This document shows positions 46,904-61,356 of a DNA stretch of 64,000 bases, piece by piece. Source of the stretch: Anthoceros angustus (taxonomy: Eukaryota > Plantae > Anthocerotophyta); the NCBI GenBank assembly GCA_010909165.1, contig VJWM01000227.1, positions 62,001 to 126,000 of the forward strand, written 5' to 3'. The notes beneath the pieces were generated by a model. The model was not told the DNA's origin. It searched no databases and saw only the letters and a list, made by a program, of their open reading frames with translations. Each line of letters begins with the position of its first letter. Positions within the stretch are counted from its first letter, which is position 1. A program made the translations under genes and the position numbers.

Positions 46904-49900
46904 CGCAGGAGCTATTGGTACACACGAAGTAATGAGGCACATAACACGAGGCCGGCGCAAATGGTTTTGCCTTCGGCATCCCATATGTCATGGGGCCATG
47001 CCCACTCGCACCCACTGCGCATGTCCACACCATCCCGCACACGTTACCGTTGGATGCGAAGCCGCGCCTGTTTGGACGCCTGTTCCGCCAAACTCCGTCC
47101 CTAAGTTGTGCCAGGGCATAATTATCCCAGAAAACGAAACGGGCGGGCAAAACGCTTTGGTTTCAAAACACATGTTAATGAAAGCCTCGGACCTTCCCGC
47201 TCAATTACTTGAGTGTGTCACCAAGCTAGCAATGTGCGTTGCTGATCACGCTATGGGAAGTGGTATGATGGTCCTTGTAGGCGCTGCGATGGATTGATTA
47301 GGTGTGGGGGGCTTGTAGTTCATCTCGTCAGTAAAGTGTAAGTTTTCAGTTCCTCCGACTGATTCACGAGAGTTGTGATTGCTTCACAGAGATCATTTAA
47401 TTAGCCTAATCTCGGGGCCGGTTAAGCATTTTGACGTTGGGTGTTATGCTACCTCTGTAGATGGCAAGGTTTCCTTATGAGATCCAGACTCCACCGCCAG
47501 GCATTTTCAACAGAACTGGCTTGGAATGGCTGGACACCATACATGTAGTTCGTAAAATTGTAACAGAGGTGAAGACTGCTTACATTCCATGGGAAAGGGT
47601 TTCAGACTTCTTGACAGGTGAGGAGCAAAATCCAATTTTTCCAACCAGGCTTGTGAAACGCTGCACGCGGTCCAGGCGAGGCACGTAAGTATAATGTCCT
47701 GTCACCAACCACACCAAAACAATACATAAGGTATTGCTGTGCGTATGGTTCCAGATCTGACAACCGTCTCCAAAGTGATGCACCCTTGGTGGACATGACT
47801 AACAGGCCAAAGTCTGGACCTGGAAGTCGAAGGAGCAAGGTGGCTTGTGGGGAGAGCAGGAAAGTAGGTTGTGAGTTTGTGGTTGTTATTACTCAATTGG
47901 AGTTGTTTCAAGATATTGCTCAAATCCGTTTTGATCAGTGGCATCATGTGAATGCCTCGGTGACTTTTATGGATTGTTAGCGGATGCAGCCCCTCACGTG
48001 CTCTTGCTCCTTCTTTATCGAAGCAAGAGAGAATGGGTGAAGCACAAACTTTTGTGCAAAACCACTCCATACCATTTTATGTGATCACGAGCGATGTCTA
48101 TGTTAGGATGCAAGGGGATCCTAACTGCCTTACATAGAGATGATTTTCTCTTGCCTAAGGACATACGCAACTTGCGGTGAGTTGGATGCAAGGACTTGGA
48201 GACTCCATACCATTGATGAAGTCGGTGTCAAGCTATGGATTGACATCCACAGGATATTGTTTTCTTCCCACCACCGGTGCTTGATGGAGGGCACACATTT
48301 TACTTTAGGGTTTCAAACAAGATTCCGTGAGGAATGCATGCTTCATCGGGGCATCAATCCATCATTTCAATGGATGCCACATTCGCACCAACAAGTGGAA
48401 GGTTAGATTCTTTGCATTTCAAACACAAGATTGTGGGATTCGGCTTCCTAACTCGCCTCTTTATTTTCATTTCAATTGTTCACTTTGGTGTTCGATGATC
48501 ACCGCAATGGCATACCGGCTTTGGTAGTGACCAACACCCATCGCGCATGTCCACACCATCCACGCATTCTGGATGAAGCCGCCGCCCGTTTTGGACGCCC
48601 GTTCCGCCAAACTCCGTCCCTAAGTTGTGCGGGCATAATTATCCCAGGAAAACGAAACGGGCGGGCAAAACGCTTTGGTTTCAAACACATGTTAATGAAA
48701 GCCTCCGGACCTTCCCCGCTCAATTACTTGAGTGTGTCACACCAAGCTAGCAATGTGCGTTGCTGATCACGCTATGGGAAGTGGTATGATGGGCGGGGGC
48801 GTGAGTGTCTGGAAGTGCGATGGATTGATTAGGTGTGGGGCTTGTAGTTCATCTCGTAAAGTGTAAGTTTTCGCCTCCGACCGATTCACGAGAGTTGTGA
48901 TTGCTTCATAGAGATCATTTAATTAGCCTAATCTCGGGGCGGTTAAGCATTTTGACGTTGGGTGTTATGCTACCTCAGATGGCAAGGTTTCCTTATGAGA
49001 TCCAGACTCCACCGCCAGGCATTTTCAATAGAACTGGCTTGGAATGGCTGGACACCATACATGTAGTTCGTAAAATTGTAACAGAGGTGAAGACTGCTTA
49101 CATTCCATGGGAAAGGGTTTCAGACTTCTTGACAGGTGAGGAGCAAAATCCAATTTTTCCAACCAGGCTTGTGAAACGCTGCACGCGGTCCAGGGCAGAG
49201 GCACGTAAGTATAATGTCCTGTCACCAACCACACCAAAACAATACATAAGGTATTGCTGTGCGTATGGTTCCAGATCTGACAACCGTCTCCAAAGTGATG
49301 CACCCTTGGTGGACATGACTAACAGCCAAAGTCCGGACCGAAGTCGAAGGAGCAAGGTGGCTTGTGGGGAGAGCAGGAAGTAGGTTGTGAGTTTGTGGTT
49401 GTTATTACTCAATTGGAGTTGTTTCAAGATATTGCTCAAATCCGTTTTGATCGGTGGCATCATGTGAATGCCTCGGTGACTTTTATGGATTGTTAGCGGC
49501 CCTCCCTTATGCTCTTGCTCCTTCTTTATCGAAGCAAGAGAGAATGGGTGAAGCACAAACTTTTGTGCAAAACCACTCCATACCATTTTATGTGATCACG
49601 AACGATGTCTATGTTAGGATGCAAGGGGATCCTAACGCCTTATAGAGATGATTTTCTCTTGCCTAAGGACATACGCAACTTGCGGTGAGTTGGATGCAAG
49701 GACTTGGAGACTCCATACCATTGATGAAGTCGGTGTCAAGCTATGGATTGACATCCACAGGATATTGTTTTCTTCCCACCACCTGGTGCTTCGATGGAGG
49801 GCACACATTTTACTTTAGGGTTTCAAACAAGATTCCAGGAGGAATGCATGCTTCACTGGGGGCATCAATCCATCATTTCAATGGATGCCACATTCGGCAC

Positions 49901-52405
49901 CAACAAGTGGAAGGTTAGATTCTTTGCATTTCAAACACAAGATTGTGGGATTGGCTTCCTAACTCGCTCTCTTTATTTTCATTTCAATTGTTCACTTCTT
50001 TGGTGTTCGATGATCACCGCAATGGCATACCGATGCTTTGGTAGTGACCGATCAATCTCGCAGAACACATGGCCATGTGGTTAACGGCTTTGCAAAGGAA
50101 ATTGCAGTCACTACGTTAGATTGGCATCCTACGGCTTTCCTTGTCGATGATGCGGAGATAAAAGCAATTCGGCAAGTATTTGGCAGCACAACTCTTGTGT
50201 TCCTCTGTCTATGGCATGTACTGGCGGCGTGGTTGCGGCTCTTGAAGAAAGTCAAGTCCGCAAGTAGCAGGCAGCCATGATGAAGGCCTTGGGAAATGTT
50301 ATGTACATGGACATGGACTCAAGGAATGATCTAGCATCAGCCCGATGAAGCTTCAAGAGTTTTACGAGGTGTATGGTGCCTCGGAAGCCAGAGTTTTGTG
50401 CATTATTTTCAGCGTGGGGGGATGTCATGGACATGTGGATAAAGGCAGTAAGGACTATACCTCATGCAGGCCAAGACTGCAACTCTTCGATCGAAGCTTA
50501 TCATCGTCACCTTAAGTACCGTTGTCTCCTCACAAAGAAGAATCTTCGTAGCAGACGACTCGACTGGCTTTTACATATCCTGACGGACGAAGTGAACAGA
50601 CATTTTTGGTACCAAAGACAATGTAAGCGGAGTGGCATCATTAGGAATAATAAGCAAGAACAGGTTGTCAGAAGTGCACTGAACAAAGCATTGGAAATCC
50701 CAGAGTCCGATGTATCCCTACCTTGTACTGGGCAACCATATGCTATCGTGAGGAGCGGGAATGCAAAGAAGGACAAGGCTTATCATGTGTTTAACGCCGG
50801 CTCTCCTTGGGGCAGCTGCACATGCAAGATTTCATCTACAGGGTTTCTTTGTAAGCGATGCTCTTGCAGGAAGTAGTGCCCACAGAAACCCTTGTGGGTA
50901 TATATGCATCAGTGGCTACTTCACAAGAATCGTATAGACAAGCACCTCTATTTTCTGCCGGGGAGGCTGAACTTTGTGGTAGTGTTCGAAACGAGCTGAC
51001 AATTGTGCATCATCCTTTGTCACAAGCTGTGGGTGCTGGAACAAACCGGATTACGAGAGCTCCTGTCCCCCGCCAAATGAACTTAGCAACTGTTTGGGAA
51101 AACATATCAAGTTTAGTGCAGAGGAAACCTGGCATTGAGGCCCATGCAGTTGCACTGATACAGGGTGTGTTCCGGCAGTTAGAGGGTGTGGCTGCAGAAG
51201 CTGAGGAGAATAGTCTAATGCAGATTCCATACCTCTTGCCAATAGGCGAAGCGTCCGACAATAGCTTGAAGAGGAAGAAACCGTTTTGGGAAAACAGTCT
51301 ATCATGGAAACTGCCTCCGAAGGCAAAGCGCCCTACATTTGCTGAACAAGCTGCAGGAAGGCTGCCATCAGTGAATCGATTATGTAGAAATGCCGATCCT
51401 TGCCGATTGTGCAAAGGCTGGCCACGTTTTTCTCTTTGCTCACTCACCTGCAAACGCATTGTCGCAATCCATCTTACAACCAGAACTCCGTTGTTTGGGG
51501 TCCAAAACACAATACAGACATATCATTCTGTAACCCCTGCATAGACCTTCCATTCAAGATATTGGGCACAGAAATCCGTGAACTGTGCATGCAAAATCAG
51601 CAAAACCTCCTGCTGCATTCTCGTTCTTGTGCATCCGTTTTTCAATGATACCGCAAGCATTTGGATGCCAAACCAAAGTACAGACATATCATTCTGTAGC
51701 CCGTGCAGAGGGCTTCGATTCGAGATATTGGCCAGGGCATTCTGCAAATAGTGCATGAAGCGATCTGGAAGAAACGTTCTGTTGCAATCTTGTTGTTATG
51801 CATCCGTTTTCCACCCATTCTTGGGGAGTTTGATGCCCGTTTTCGGCGAGACAAACCCTGAAAGATTCGCTTTCAAGTGAGCTGTGAAACTAGACACCAA
51901 ACATCAGCCAAGAATTTGACGGAGCAAGCTTTCTCCCCAAAGGGTTAAGGCTGCGTGAATGCGTGGAAAGGCTGCGTGAATGCACAACCATACACTACCA
52001 TTGTGCAGGCGCTGCAAACTGGATCACACTGCCATTGTGCACGAAACCTCCTTTCTGTCTCAATCCCGGGCCCCTTGAGTCCGTCGGCTGGAGGCGGGCA
52101 CAAGCGGCACCCAAGCACTGAAATGGATAGCAAGTAAGGGTCTTTCATGTCTCGAAACAAAACTAATCCCCCTGGCATAAGTGTACCCTGGCACAACATA
52201 GAGACGGCATGTAAGGGAGCGGGCGTCCAAACGGGCGCGGCACAGCTGTTGCCGTCCAACGGTAACGTGTGCGGGATGGTGTGGACATGCGCAGTGGGTG
52301 CGAGTGGGCATGGCCCCATGACATATGGGATGCCGAAGGCAAAACCATTTGCGCCGGCCTCGTGTTATGTGCCTCGTTACTTCGTGTGTACCAATAGCTC
52401 CTGCG
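46904..52405 (+). mobile_element. Mutator-like element (MULE) with about 230-bp TIRs and a 9-bp TSD
   Basis: GACATGGAG at 46895-46903 and 52406-52414; TIR CGCAGGAGCTATTGGTACACACGAAGTAA... near-perfect over the outer about 155 bp. Confidence 0.95.
48979..51544 (+). CDS. MULE DDE transposase with SWIM finger, intron-containing and frameshifted; partial duplicate at 47461-48530
   Basis: IPWERVSDFLTGEE, YCCAYG, ISMDATFGTNK, VFDDHRNGIP, FLVDDAE, CLWHV, NSSIEAYH, SWIM CTC...FLCK. Confidence 0.8.
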
Positions 52406-52654
52406 GACATGGAGAGTTTCTGAGCGTATTCAATGCTGGTCCCACACCTCTGTAGAATGGGCCCAGGAGTAGAATACGTATTTCTTGTTGTGCGCTCGTA
52501 CGTTGAGTTTCGTGCAGCCGCCAGCAACTCAATGTGCTACTCTCTCGTTGTGCCATGTGTGTGCCGGCTTCCGGCTGCTGGCTGACGGACAGATTTGCAA
52601 AGCCTGCCACTTCACGCTTTTTGTTGCGATTCCCAATTGATTGTGTTTGACGTA

Positions 52655-52733
52655 AGGAGTCGGGTCACTTTGGGTGCTTGACGCAGGGGGTCGGGTCACT
52701 TTGTGTGCTTGACGAAGGGAGTCGGATCACTTT
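52655..52733. repeat. About 32-bp tandem repeat, 2.5 copies
   Basis: ggagtcgggtcactttg(g/t)gtgcttgacg repeated. Confidence 0.8.
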
Positions 52734-53910
52734 TCATTGCAAGTTTTTGTCACTGAACACCTGTCACAGCTGCTGTGTTTGAAACTCTGCTGACAAACGA
52801 AACGCTGTTGTGAAAACATCTGTCTTGGGAAATCAGATACGAACCAAGGTTGCTGTTGCCTTTTGTCAAAGTCCTACACGAGGCATGCTGTAGTGAGACG
52901 TCCAGTCTTTCCCTATCCGCTTCTTTACACGTGTGGCTACTAACTTAGGGGCCTGCTGAGCACCTCCTGATATGTACATAGACGCTGCACATCATTCAAT
53001 AGAACCGAAGGAAAAAAAGATGGTAGTTTCCGGCAGCTGAAATGAATGCGTTCTTCCCAAGATGGGGCAAGCAGGAGCCTGGAGGCTTCCGCGGTACATC
53101 ACATCACATCACCTTGTCTACAGCTTTGATATTGGACTGTGTAGGCAGTCACAATCGTGAAGCTTACTGGACTCTGCTGCGTTACCTGTCTTTGCAAGTT
53201 GTATACTCTGGAGAACATAATTGCTGGAATTTGACAGTGCGGATACAACCTATCATTCGGTGACATCAGCAGCTTGGTGAGTAATCATTCGTACCTCACC
53301 TCATCACCTCACCTTGACAGTCAAGAGAGACGATTCACCTGAATCTTGGTTTCAAAGGGTTACCCTTCTGTGGTCCCAAAGCATGACATGTGCGAGCTAA
53401 AGTGCCAGATGGTTGGCGAGAAAGACTTTGCTGTACCTTGGCAGTCAAGACACATGGCTCACTGGACCTTTGGTTCTCATCGGTTTACCCTTGGTGATCC
53501 GAGACATGCTTTGAGTTGAAGAGCCAGAGGATTGGCGAAGAAGACTTTGATGAAGATTTTGAGTGGATGACTTCCCTGTACCATACGAGCGTGAGAAGCT
53601 GATTCTACGTAAGAGACAGACACGTAACCCACACAAGCAGCAAATGCCTGACTGACACCTTTTGAGGGCTCACCTACACCACAAGTGGCGGACATTAATC
53701 ATATAACGTTTTATGCTTACCGTCCTCAACCTTGTGCTTTACTTCCTTTATGAAACACGTCCTCTAAACTCTCTATGTAAAGACAATGACTGGACTGGTA
53801 TGTTCGAAAACAATGCATTGCAGAAAGTGTACCCCACCCAGCACCAGTGCTCATCTGTGGTGATGTTACGTTAGAAACTTATCACACCAGAAGGTCCCAA
53901 CTAGTTAGTG

Positions 53911-56900
53911 TTATGTCTTGACATTTGCATGCTTATGGAAAGGCCAAAGGTTAACAAGGCGCTCCAGAACTCCTCCACCTTTCATAAACAAGCCTGAAAA
54001 TCCTTGCGGTGTTGTGGCTGGGGGGAAGTCCTCTGCTGGCATTGCAAATGGGCGAATCAGCCTCTCCATCCTGTCCAGTGACATGTACGACCCTTCCTCC
54101 TGAAGTGTTTCAGACGGAAGGACGGGTAGAGTATGATCACGATTCAGTGGCGAAGCCTGTGACATCACGCGCTGTTAATGCAAAGCACTGGATCTCACGT
54201 CACCGTCCTGGCCCAACAAAACATTCAGGCAACAGATGATATGAATCTGTCAACTCTTCATAATGTGCAACAACAAATTACCTCGAGTGGACTCAAAGCT
54301 GCCCCAGGACTAAACATAAGCTCAATACGGAACCTTCTTGGATCTTCCAGTGAAACCTGAATTTAAACGACACAAACCCATGGTTGTTCACACACGTTGA
54401 AGGCATCCAGCATACACAATCAAACAGGAGATGGGGTACCATGATGAGGGGCTTCTACCTCTGTATTTTCATACATTCGAAGGACTATGTGTGTCAAGTA
54501 ATCCAGCTCCTTAGTCTGGAAGATTCTCAGTAGAGCATCATTGGAAAAAAGCCCTGCTTCCCCTTGAAATGAATCATCCAGGTAGCAATATCGAAGGACA
54601 TTGATCAATGAATGAATGTGTGATTCCTGCATTTTACAAGCAAATCAATATACCACATACAGAAACTGCATAACTCACAATTTCCACCCCCAAGCAAGCG
54701 GGAAGAGACTTACGGATGTGAAATAGAGGCGTGTACGCACGTGCCTCTCTGGGGTCCTCACGTTAGCATACCTAATTCACATGACGTGTACTAATTTAGT
54801 GGGTTTCTCAAGCAAAAACAGCTGCTTTTCACTATTTTGAGATGAAAACCATAAGCTCCTTATGACTGACTTGTACACCATTGCTCCATAACAGGTAATA
54901 CCCACGAGATCAGCACACTTACTTGGGATCTAGACGATATTGTGTTTCTTTGTCATCATCGTCATCTGGGTCCAAAGACTTCTCGCTTGAGCTCGACCTC
55001 CGGGACGTTTCTGTCTTCATCTTGCCATTGGCTTTCTCATATGACCGACAAGTGAAATCATCAAGACTAGCTCTTGAAGTCCTTGAAGGTGACGGTGCCT
55101 TTGAGGCATCAGGAGTGCTCCTCAGCCCTGCTACGCTAATAGCCTCCTCTCTTGTATTGCGCAGGTCTATCATTATTTTCCCAAGCAATCGTCGTGCAAT
55201 CTGCGCATAGTGGCAGGAAGACCGTGTCAGTCTGGGAGGGCCATATTATATATTTGCTTGTGACATGAAAGGCTATACCTTGGACCCAATCTTCAATTTG
55301 TGTTTCGGATTTATCCCATACTCATTCGGAATAACGCCATCCGCAAGAGCCTGTACAACGTGCGTTAACAAGTCGCACAAGCCAACTAGGACTTAACCAT
55401 GGGTCCATCATGGAAAAACGTTTGTAATTTTAGAACATGGTCAAGTCGTATTACCTTAGCTACTTTGTAAAGCTCATCCAGTCCATCAAGATCAAGATGT
55501 GCATTGTGGAGAAGGTCATACCTACACCAAGTGAAGTGGCGAAACCCGTTGGCAAGCCTATCAAGAAACCCAAAATCGCAGCTACTGCATGGAACCTAAC
55601 ACTCCCCCTAGCAAAGCAAACCTGCTGCTTACTTTGCAGAATCGTAGATGTCAGGAACTTTGCTGATATCAAATCGCCTGCAATACTGTATCCCGTCAGC
55701 ACCCGGCAAAAGAAGAAAAAGAAACCTCAAAAAGTGGATATTCTACATTCTGAGAAAGTAGTACATATCCCTCCTCAGAATGTAGATCATCCGCCACAAG
55801 CAATTGTGAGCAGCATAGTCCACGCCATGCTTGGAAAGAGAGAAACCCCTCGTTAGGACAGTGATGTGGAAACGCACCCTTTACGTTCATTGAAAATGTC
55901 ACGCTCCAGCTTTTTCCACCGAGCATACATCAGCAAGAAGCCCTCACTACCACACGGGAGACCAGCTTCAATGCGGTCAACGTCCATGTTTGTTTTACCA
56001 AGTGCACGTGCTTGATCATAAGGTGGGAGTTCCTCATCTAAGGAGGACTCAGCAAGCCGTTCTTCTTCTGCTTTACAAAGAATCTTGACCTGTGCTGTAA
56101 CTCTTTGAGTAAGATCAACCTGCCATCAAGCAATAGATACTGTTTGTTTAGCGAATTAGACAAGAGATCTTGGAGTACATGCAAAGCAGGCATACGAACT
56201 GAGACAGTTGGTCTTTGTACAAACCACGTCATGACGCCTCAATTTCAAGTACACATCGCAGCTTGCTTACCAGGTCCTTCATAAGCTGCAAAGAGTTGGC
56301 TGGTAAACCCCCACCATCAACCATCCACGGGTAGTCCGAGTTTGATGCAGGTGATGACTGGTCTTCATCCGTAATGATATCATAGAGTCTGGCCTGCATG
56401 AGTTCAGACAGCGTCATTGCTACTGGAAGTTTCACAGCTATCCAGGTACACAAAACCTTCAAGTCTGGCTGATCTATCGGTCTTCGGCGTACCTTAGCTT
56501 CTTCCATCTCGATGCTTGCAGTGTCAAGACCATCAAGCATAGGTGAATCTTTGCTCACAAGAGAGACCTGAGAAGAAACCAATTTCCACTTGTCTACCCT
56601 CAAATGAAAATGAGAGACCAGCTGAGGTAAACATAGTGCTCTTCCTACCAGGATGGGTGTCAACTGTCCCTCTAGATCAAGCAGACCTTTCGCAAACGCA
56701 GCTGCTGACATCTGTTTAAAGCAGGTATAATCAGATACTGGTTCAGGATCACAGGACATCCAATAATCTGAAGATTTGAACTTTCTGATGGCAAGGCCAA
56801 GCAGCATGAGGGAACCTCCAAACGACACAAGCAACAGACAAATGACAGAGAAGTCCATGACGCACTTGAACTCGTCCCTCGTCTGAACTGTAGATCTTCA

Positions 56901-59900
56901 AATCATGCCTGTAAGTGCTATGCAGCCTAAGCAAACCTGTCCCTTCCCCTGCAGACGCAGTTTTTACATGCCTTAGGTAGGCAGCATAAAGTAGCATACA
57001 TGGACAAGCATTCAACTTCTTGAAGCATAAACTCCTCACCTGGATACATGATATTCCTGAAGGAGCGCCCTAGTTCCTCAGCCTAGATGATCAGAGCATT
57101 ACAGCATTTAAACCACAGCTTAATTGCAGCTAAGACAGAAATAGATCAGATTCGTTACCATTCAACACTGCCAGATGTTCACCTGCTTTCGACCGGCGTG
57201 CGTAAGAACCCCACCATATTTGAGCACCATCAACGCTTCCGATGGCTTTTCCTTATCAAATTCCTCATCATCCTCATCTGATGAGGATAAAGTTGTCCAC
57301 TTTTGTGGCTTTAACTGAACCTTACGGTAAATCCCCGAAAAATGGCCTCCCTGGTCAGACACAACAATCATGCTGCTTTATCTCCACAGAAATGAACCAT
57401 GACCGAACAAGATGCAACATGTGCAAAATCGAGCACATATTTGAAGAGCACAGAAGATTCACAGTACCTCTTCCAGGACAGCTTTAACATGTCGGAGTTT
57501 CTCTGCATGTTCCAAATCTTCAGCCTCACTATCACTTTCCTTACCTGACCTGCAGTCATGTGATGCTCTCCATCAGACACTTGCCAAACAATAAAATCAT
57601 AAATTCTGTAGCTTTTATTTGGCTTTAAACCTGGCACGAGGCACTAGAGCACGTGTTGCATCAAGCAGATCCTGAAGCTGCACTGCACTCTTTAACTTGG
57701 CCTGCCAAAAGCAAAAGCACAGCAAAAGGTTTACAGGTGAGAGTGACAGAGGAAAGGAATTTCCTCTGGAGTGAGCACACGCATCATGCACAGCACCCAA
57801 TTATACATTGAAACACGGGAGGAATACCTCAGATCTTGGTCTATTGCTGTTGTACTTAAGCATTAGATCCAACAACCGGTCTTGCGTGACTTTCATTTTC
57901 ACCTTCTGCTTTGGTGTACGGTCCCCACTGAACCCATGAATGAAGGGGTCAGCGCTGCAGCATGAAGAGCAACAGAGGATACAAGAAGACCCTTAGAAGC
58001 ACTTACTGTCGGAGGACTGCAATAACACAACGAAGCTCTTCCGACTGTCCAAAAGTGCCTCCTGTTAAAATAGTGCTGCCCTGCCTAGAGATTTCGCTAG
58101 TTCTTTCTGGCTCAATGTGCCATGGCAGGCTGGGAAGTGTGGAAGACAGATGAGGGGCCTTGGCTTCAAGAAACATAGTCCTGAGTACACATGCTGCATC
58201 ATCGTAATACCTGCCAGTCTCGGAAGTCAGGAAACAATTTGACACCCCACAATTATGAGGACATCTCATTGCTATGCGCCATGTGAATACCCAGTACATT
58301 CAAATGGTGCATATGGCAAGCAGACAGAACACACAACTCACTTGTACGAATTCTTGACAAAGCTCCATCCATTCACGTCACAAACATAAGATCTCCCTTG
58401 AGACCGCAAAAGGTCAAATCCACAGACCTGAGAGGAAATAAAAATATCATCAGCTGCAAGCGAAACTTTCAAGGCCATCATGGTACTCGATGCACAGATC
58501 CCCAAAAGATATTGAGAGGCTGAGGCGTGCGAGTTTGGATCTCTACCAGGCTCAAGTGTAATCAACAAATATGTAATATCCACTCTGGAAAACAGGACAA
58601 ATAATCGTGCCAGGAAGCATGAAAAATAAACTCACCGCTTGGCCAAATGCTACAACGACATCTCGAGCCATTTGCTTCTCTGCTGGTGTTAACAAGACTG
58701 GATACCTCACCTGTGCAAATATACTTCAATCCACTTGACCGTTGTGGAAGGAAAACTGCAGCAGCAACAGTCTGATGAAAGTTGTGTCCCATACCTCCTT
58801 GCCATCTGCACTTCTCATGACAACACCATCAACCACAGGGGACTTCCGTGCCTCAGCATGGGCATATTCTGGACCAACTGTGTAGACCTGCAAGCAACAC
58901 AAGATGTCTCAATCAGAGTGTTTTAACCCTAAATAGCTTTTAACATGACCTCTGAAATCAGTTAGAGAGTTGTGACACACATGATAAGATGGATGAATGT
59001 CGTTCATGTTATGACACATTTGAAGGCTACCTTGACATCGGTACCTCCAGTAGTAAGAAACTCTTCATAAATATAGGACCCTCCTCTCCGAACTCTCCTT
59101 GTGTCAGGGTAAAACTGCTTGAGTTCTACCACCTGTATTCACAGGAAGGAAAGGTAGCAGAGGGGAAACAAGTACAAGTAAGAGATGTTGTTCATGAACC
59201 CAGATGATGATCCAAGTCCCATGATAAACGTCCTTGGCTCCATTTTCTGTCGGAGGACTGCAATAACACAACGAAGCTCTTCCGACTGTCCAAAGTGCCT
59301 CCTGTTAAAATAGTGCTGCCCTGCCTAGAGATTTCGCTAGTTCTTTCTGGCTCAATGTGCCATGGCAGGCTGGGAAGTGTGGAAGACAGATGAGGGGCCT
59401 TGGCTTCAAGAAACATAGTCCTGAGTACACATGCTGCATCATCGTAATACCTGCCAGTCTCGGAAGTCAGGAAACAATTTGACACCCCACAATTATGAGG
59501 ACATCTCATTGCTATGCGCCATGTGAATACCCAGTACATTCAAATGGTGCATATGGCAAGCAGACAGAACACACAACTCACTTGTACGAATTCTTGACAA
59601 AAGCTCCATCCATTCACGTCACAAACATAAGATCTCCCTTGAGACCGCAAAAGGTCAAATCCACAGACCTGAGAGGAAATAAAAATATCATCAGCTGCAA
59701 GCGAAACTTTCAAGGCCATCATGGTACTCGATGCACAGATCCCCAAAAGATATTGAGAGGCTGAGGCGTGCGAGTTTGGATCTCTACCAGGCTCAAGTGT
59801 AATCAACAAATATGTAATATCCACTCTGGAAAACAGGACAAATAATCGTGCCAGGAAGCATGAAAAATAAACTCACCGCTTGGCCAAATGCTACAACGAC

Positions 59901-61356
59901 ATCTCGAGCCATTTGCTTCTCTGCTGGTGTTAACAAGACTGGATACCTCACCTGTGCAAATATACTTCAATCCACTTGACCGTTGTGGAAGGAAAACTGC
60001 AGCAGCAACAGTCTGATGAAAGTTGTGTCCCATACCTCCTTGCCATCTGCACTTCTCATGACAACACCATCAACCACAGGGGACTTCCGTGCCTCAGCAT
60101 GGGCATATTCTGGACCAACTGTGTAGACCTGCAAGCAACACAAGATGTCTCAATCAGAGTGTTTTTAACCCTAAATAGCTTTTAACATGACCTCTGAAAT
60201 CAGTTAGAGAGTTGTGACACACATGATAAGATGGATGAATGTCGTTCATGTTATGACACATTTGAAGGCTACCTTGACATCGGTACCTCCAGTAGTAAGA
60301 AACTCTTCATAAATATAGGACCCTCCTCTCCGAACTCTCCTTGTGTCAGGGTAAAACTCGCTTGAGCGTTCTACCACCTGTATTCACAGGAAGGAAAGGT
60401 AGCAGAGGGGGAAACAAGTACAAGTAAGAGATGTTGTTCATGAACCCAGATGATGATCCAAGTCCCATGATAAACGTCCTTGGCTCCATTTTCTGTCGAT
60501 CGGAAATAAGCTGTTAAAGTAAAACCTAACCAACCCGGCTGTCATTTGTGTGCCATTCAGCTTTGATTATTCCTGCGGAAATCAATACTTACATGGCCAC
60601 TGCGATCTTGTATCCAGTACTTGCTACCTTCCTCACTGGCTCTGAGGTTCATGCCCCTTCATTTGCTACTATGGTACTAGGGGAATTACACATGATAAGG
60701 CTGACACAGACTTCTCTGAACCACAATGTCTCACGGACTTTGAAGGCGAGATTCTGCAAGTTCAGATCTGCATTGGCTGTGTAAGTATAAGAGTTAGGTC
60801 AAGTGGTGAGCCATGCGACTCATTTGTTGCGTGCAATAAAGAGACCAAATGGATGACAGTTGGCTCAAACAGATCAGTAAGACCAGATTTGTGACCTACA
60901 ACTGAACAAAAATGCTCAGAGATTGTGAGCAGGCAATGTTGAGAACCATTTACCAGAGCAAATCACAGATTAGTTCAAATACTTCAAGGACACAGGAGTT
61001 GTGCACAAATTCTGTGACGATGTAGCATTGGGAACATAGAGAGTGATCACCGCAAGCACATCTGAATCACGACAAAAGCAACAGAGACGAGTATAAACAA
61101 GAGGAGTAAGAGGTTTGGTGCGGATGCAAATATTCGTTCATGAAGATTTGGCACACACAAAACCTTCCAAATGTTGAGCCTGCTCAGGGTGGAAAGGAAG
61201 AAGATGAAGCTCATGACTGCTACAGGGGTTCTACCCTTTGCTAACTAGTACCTTGACATCTGTTCCTCCCGTGGGCATAAATGCTTCATAGATGTAGGAG
61301 CCTCCTCTCCGAACTCTCCTTGTGTCAGGGTAAAACTCGCTTGAGCGTTCTACCAC
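53911..61356 (-). CDS. VIH: Inositol pyrophosphate kinase/phosphatase VIH (VIP1/PPIP5K); internally duplicated, N-terminal exons not found
   Basis: Exons encode [109 protein letters not shown] and [12 protein letters not shown]. Confidence 0.93.
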
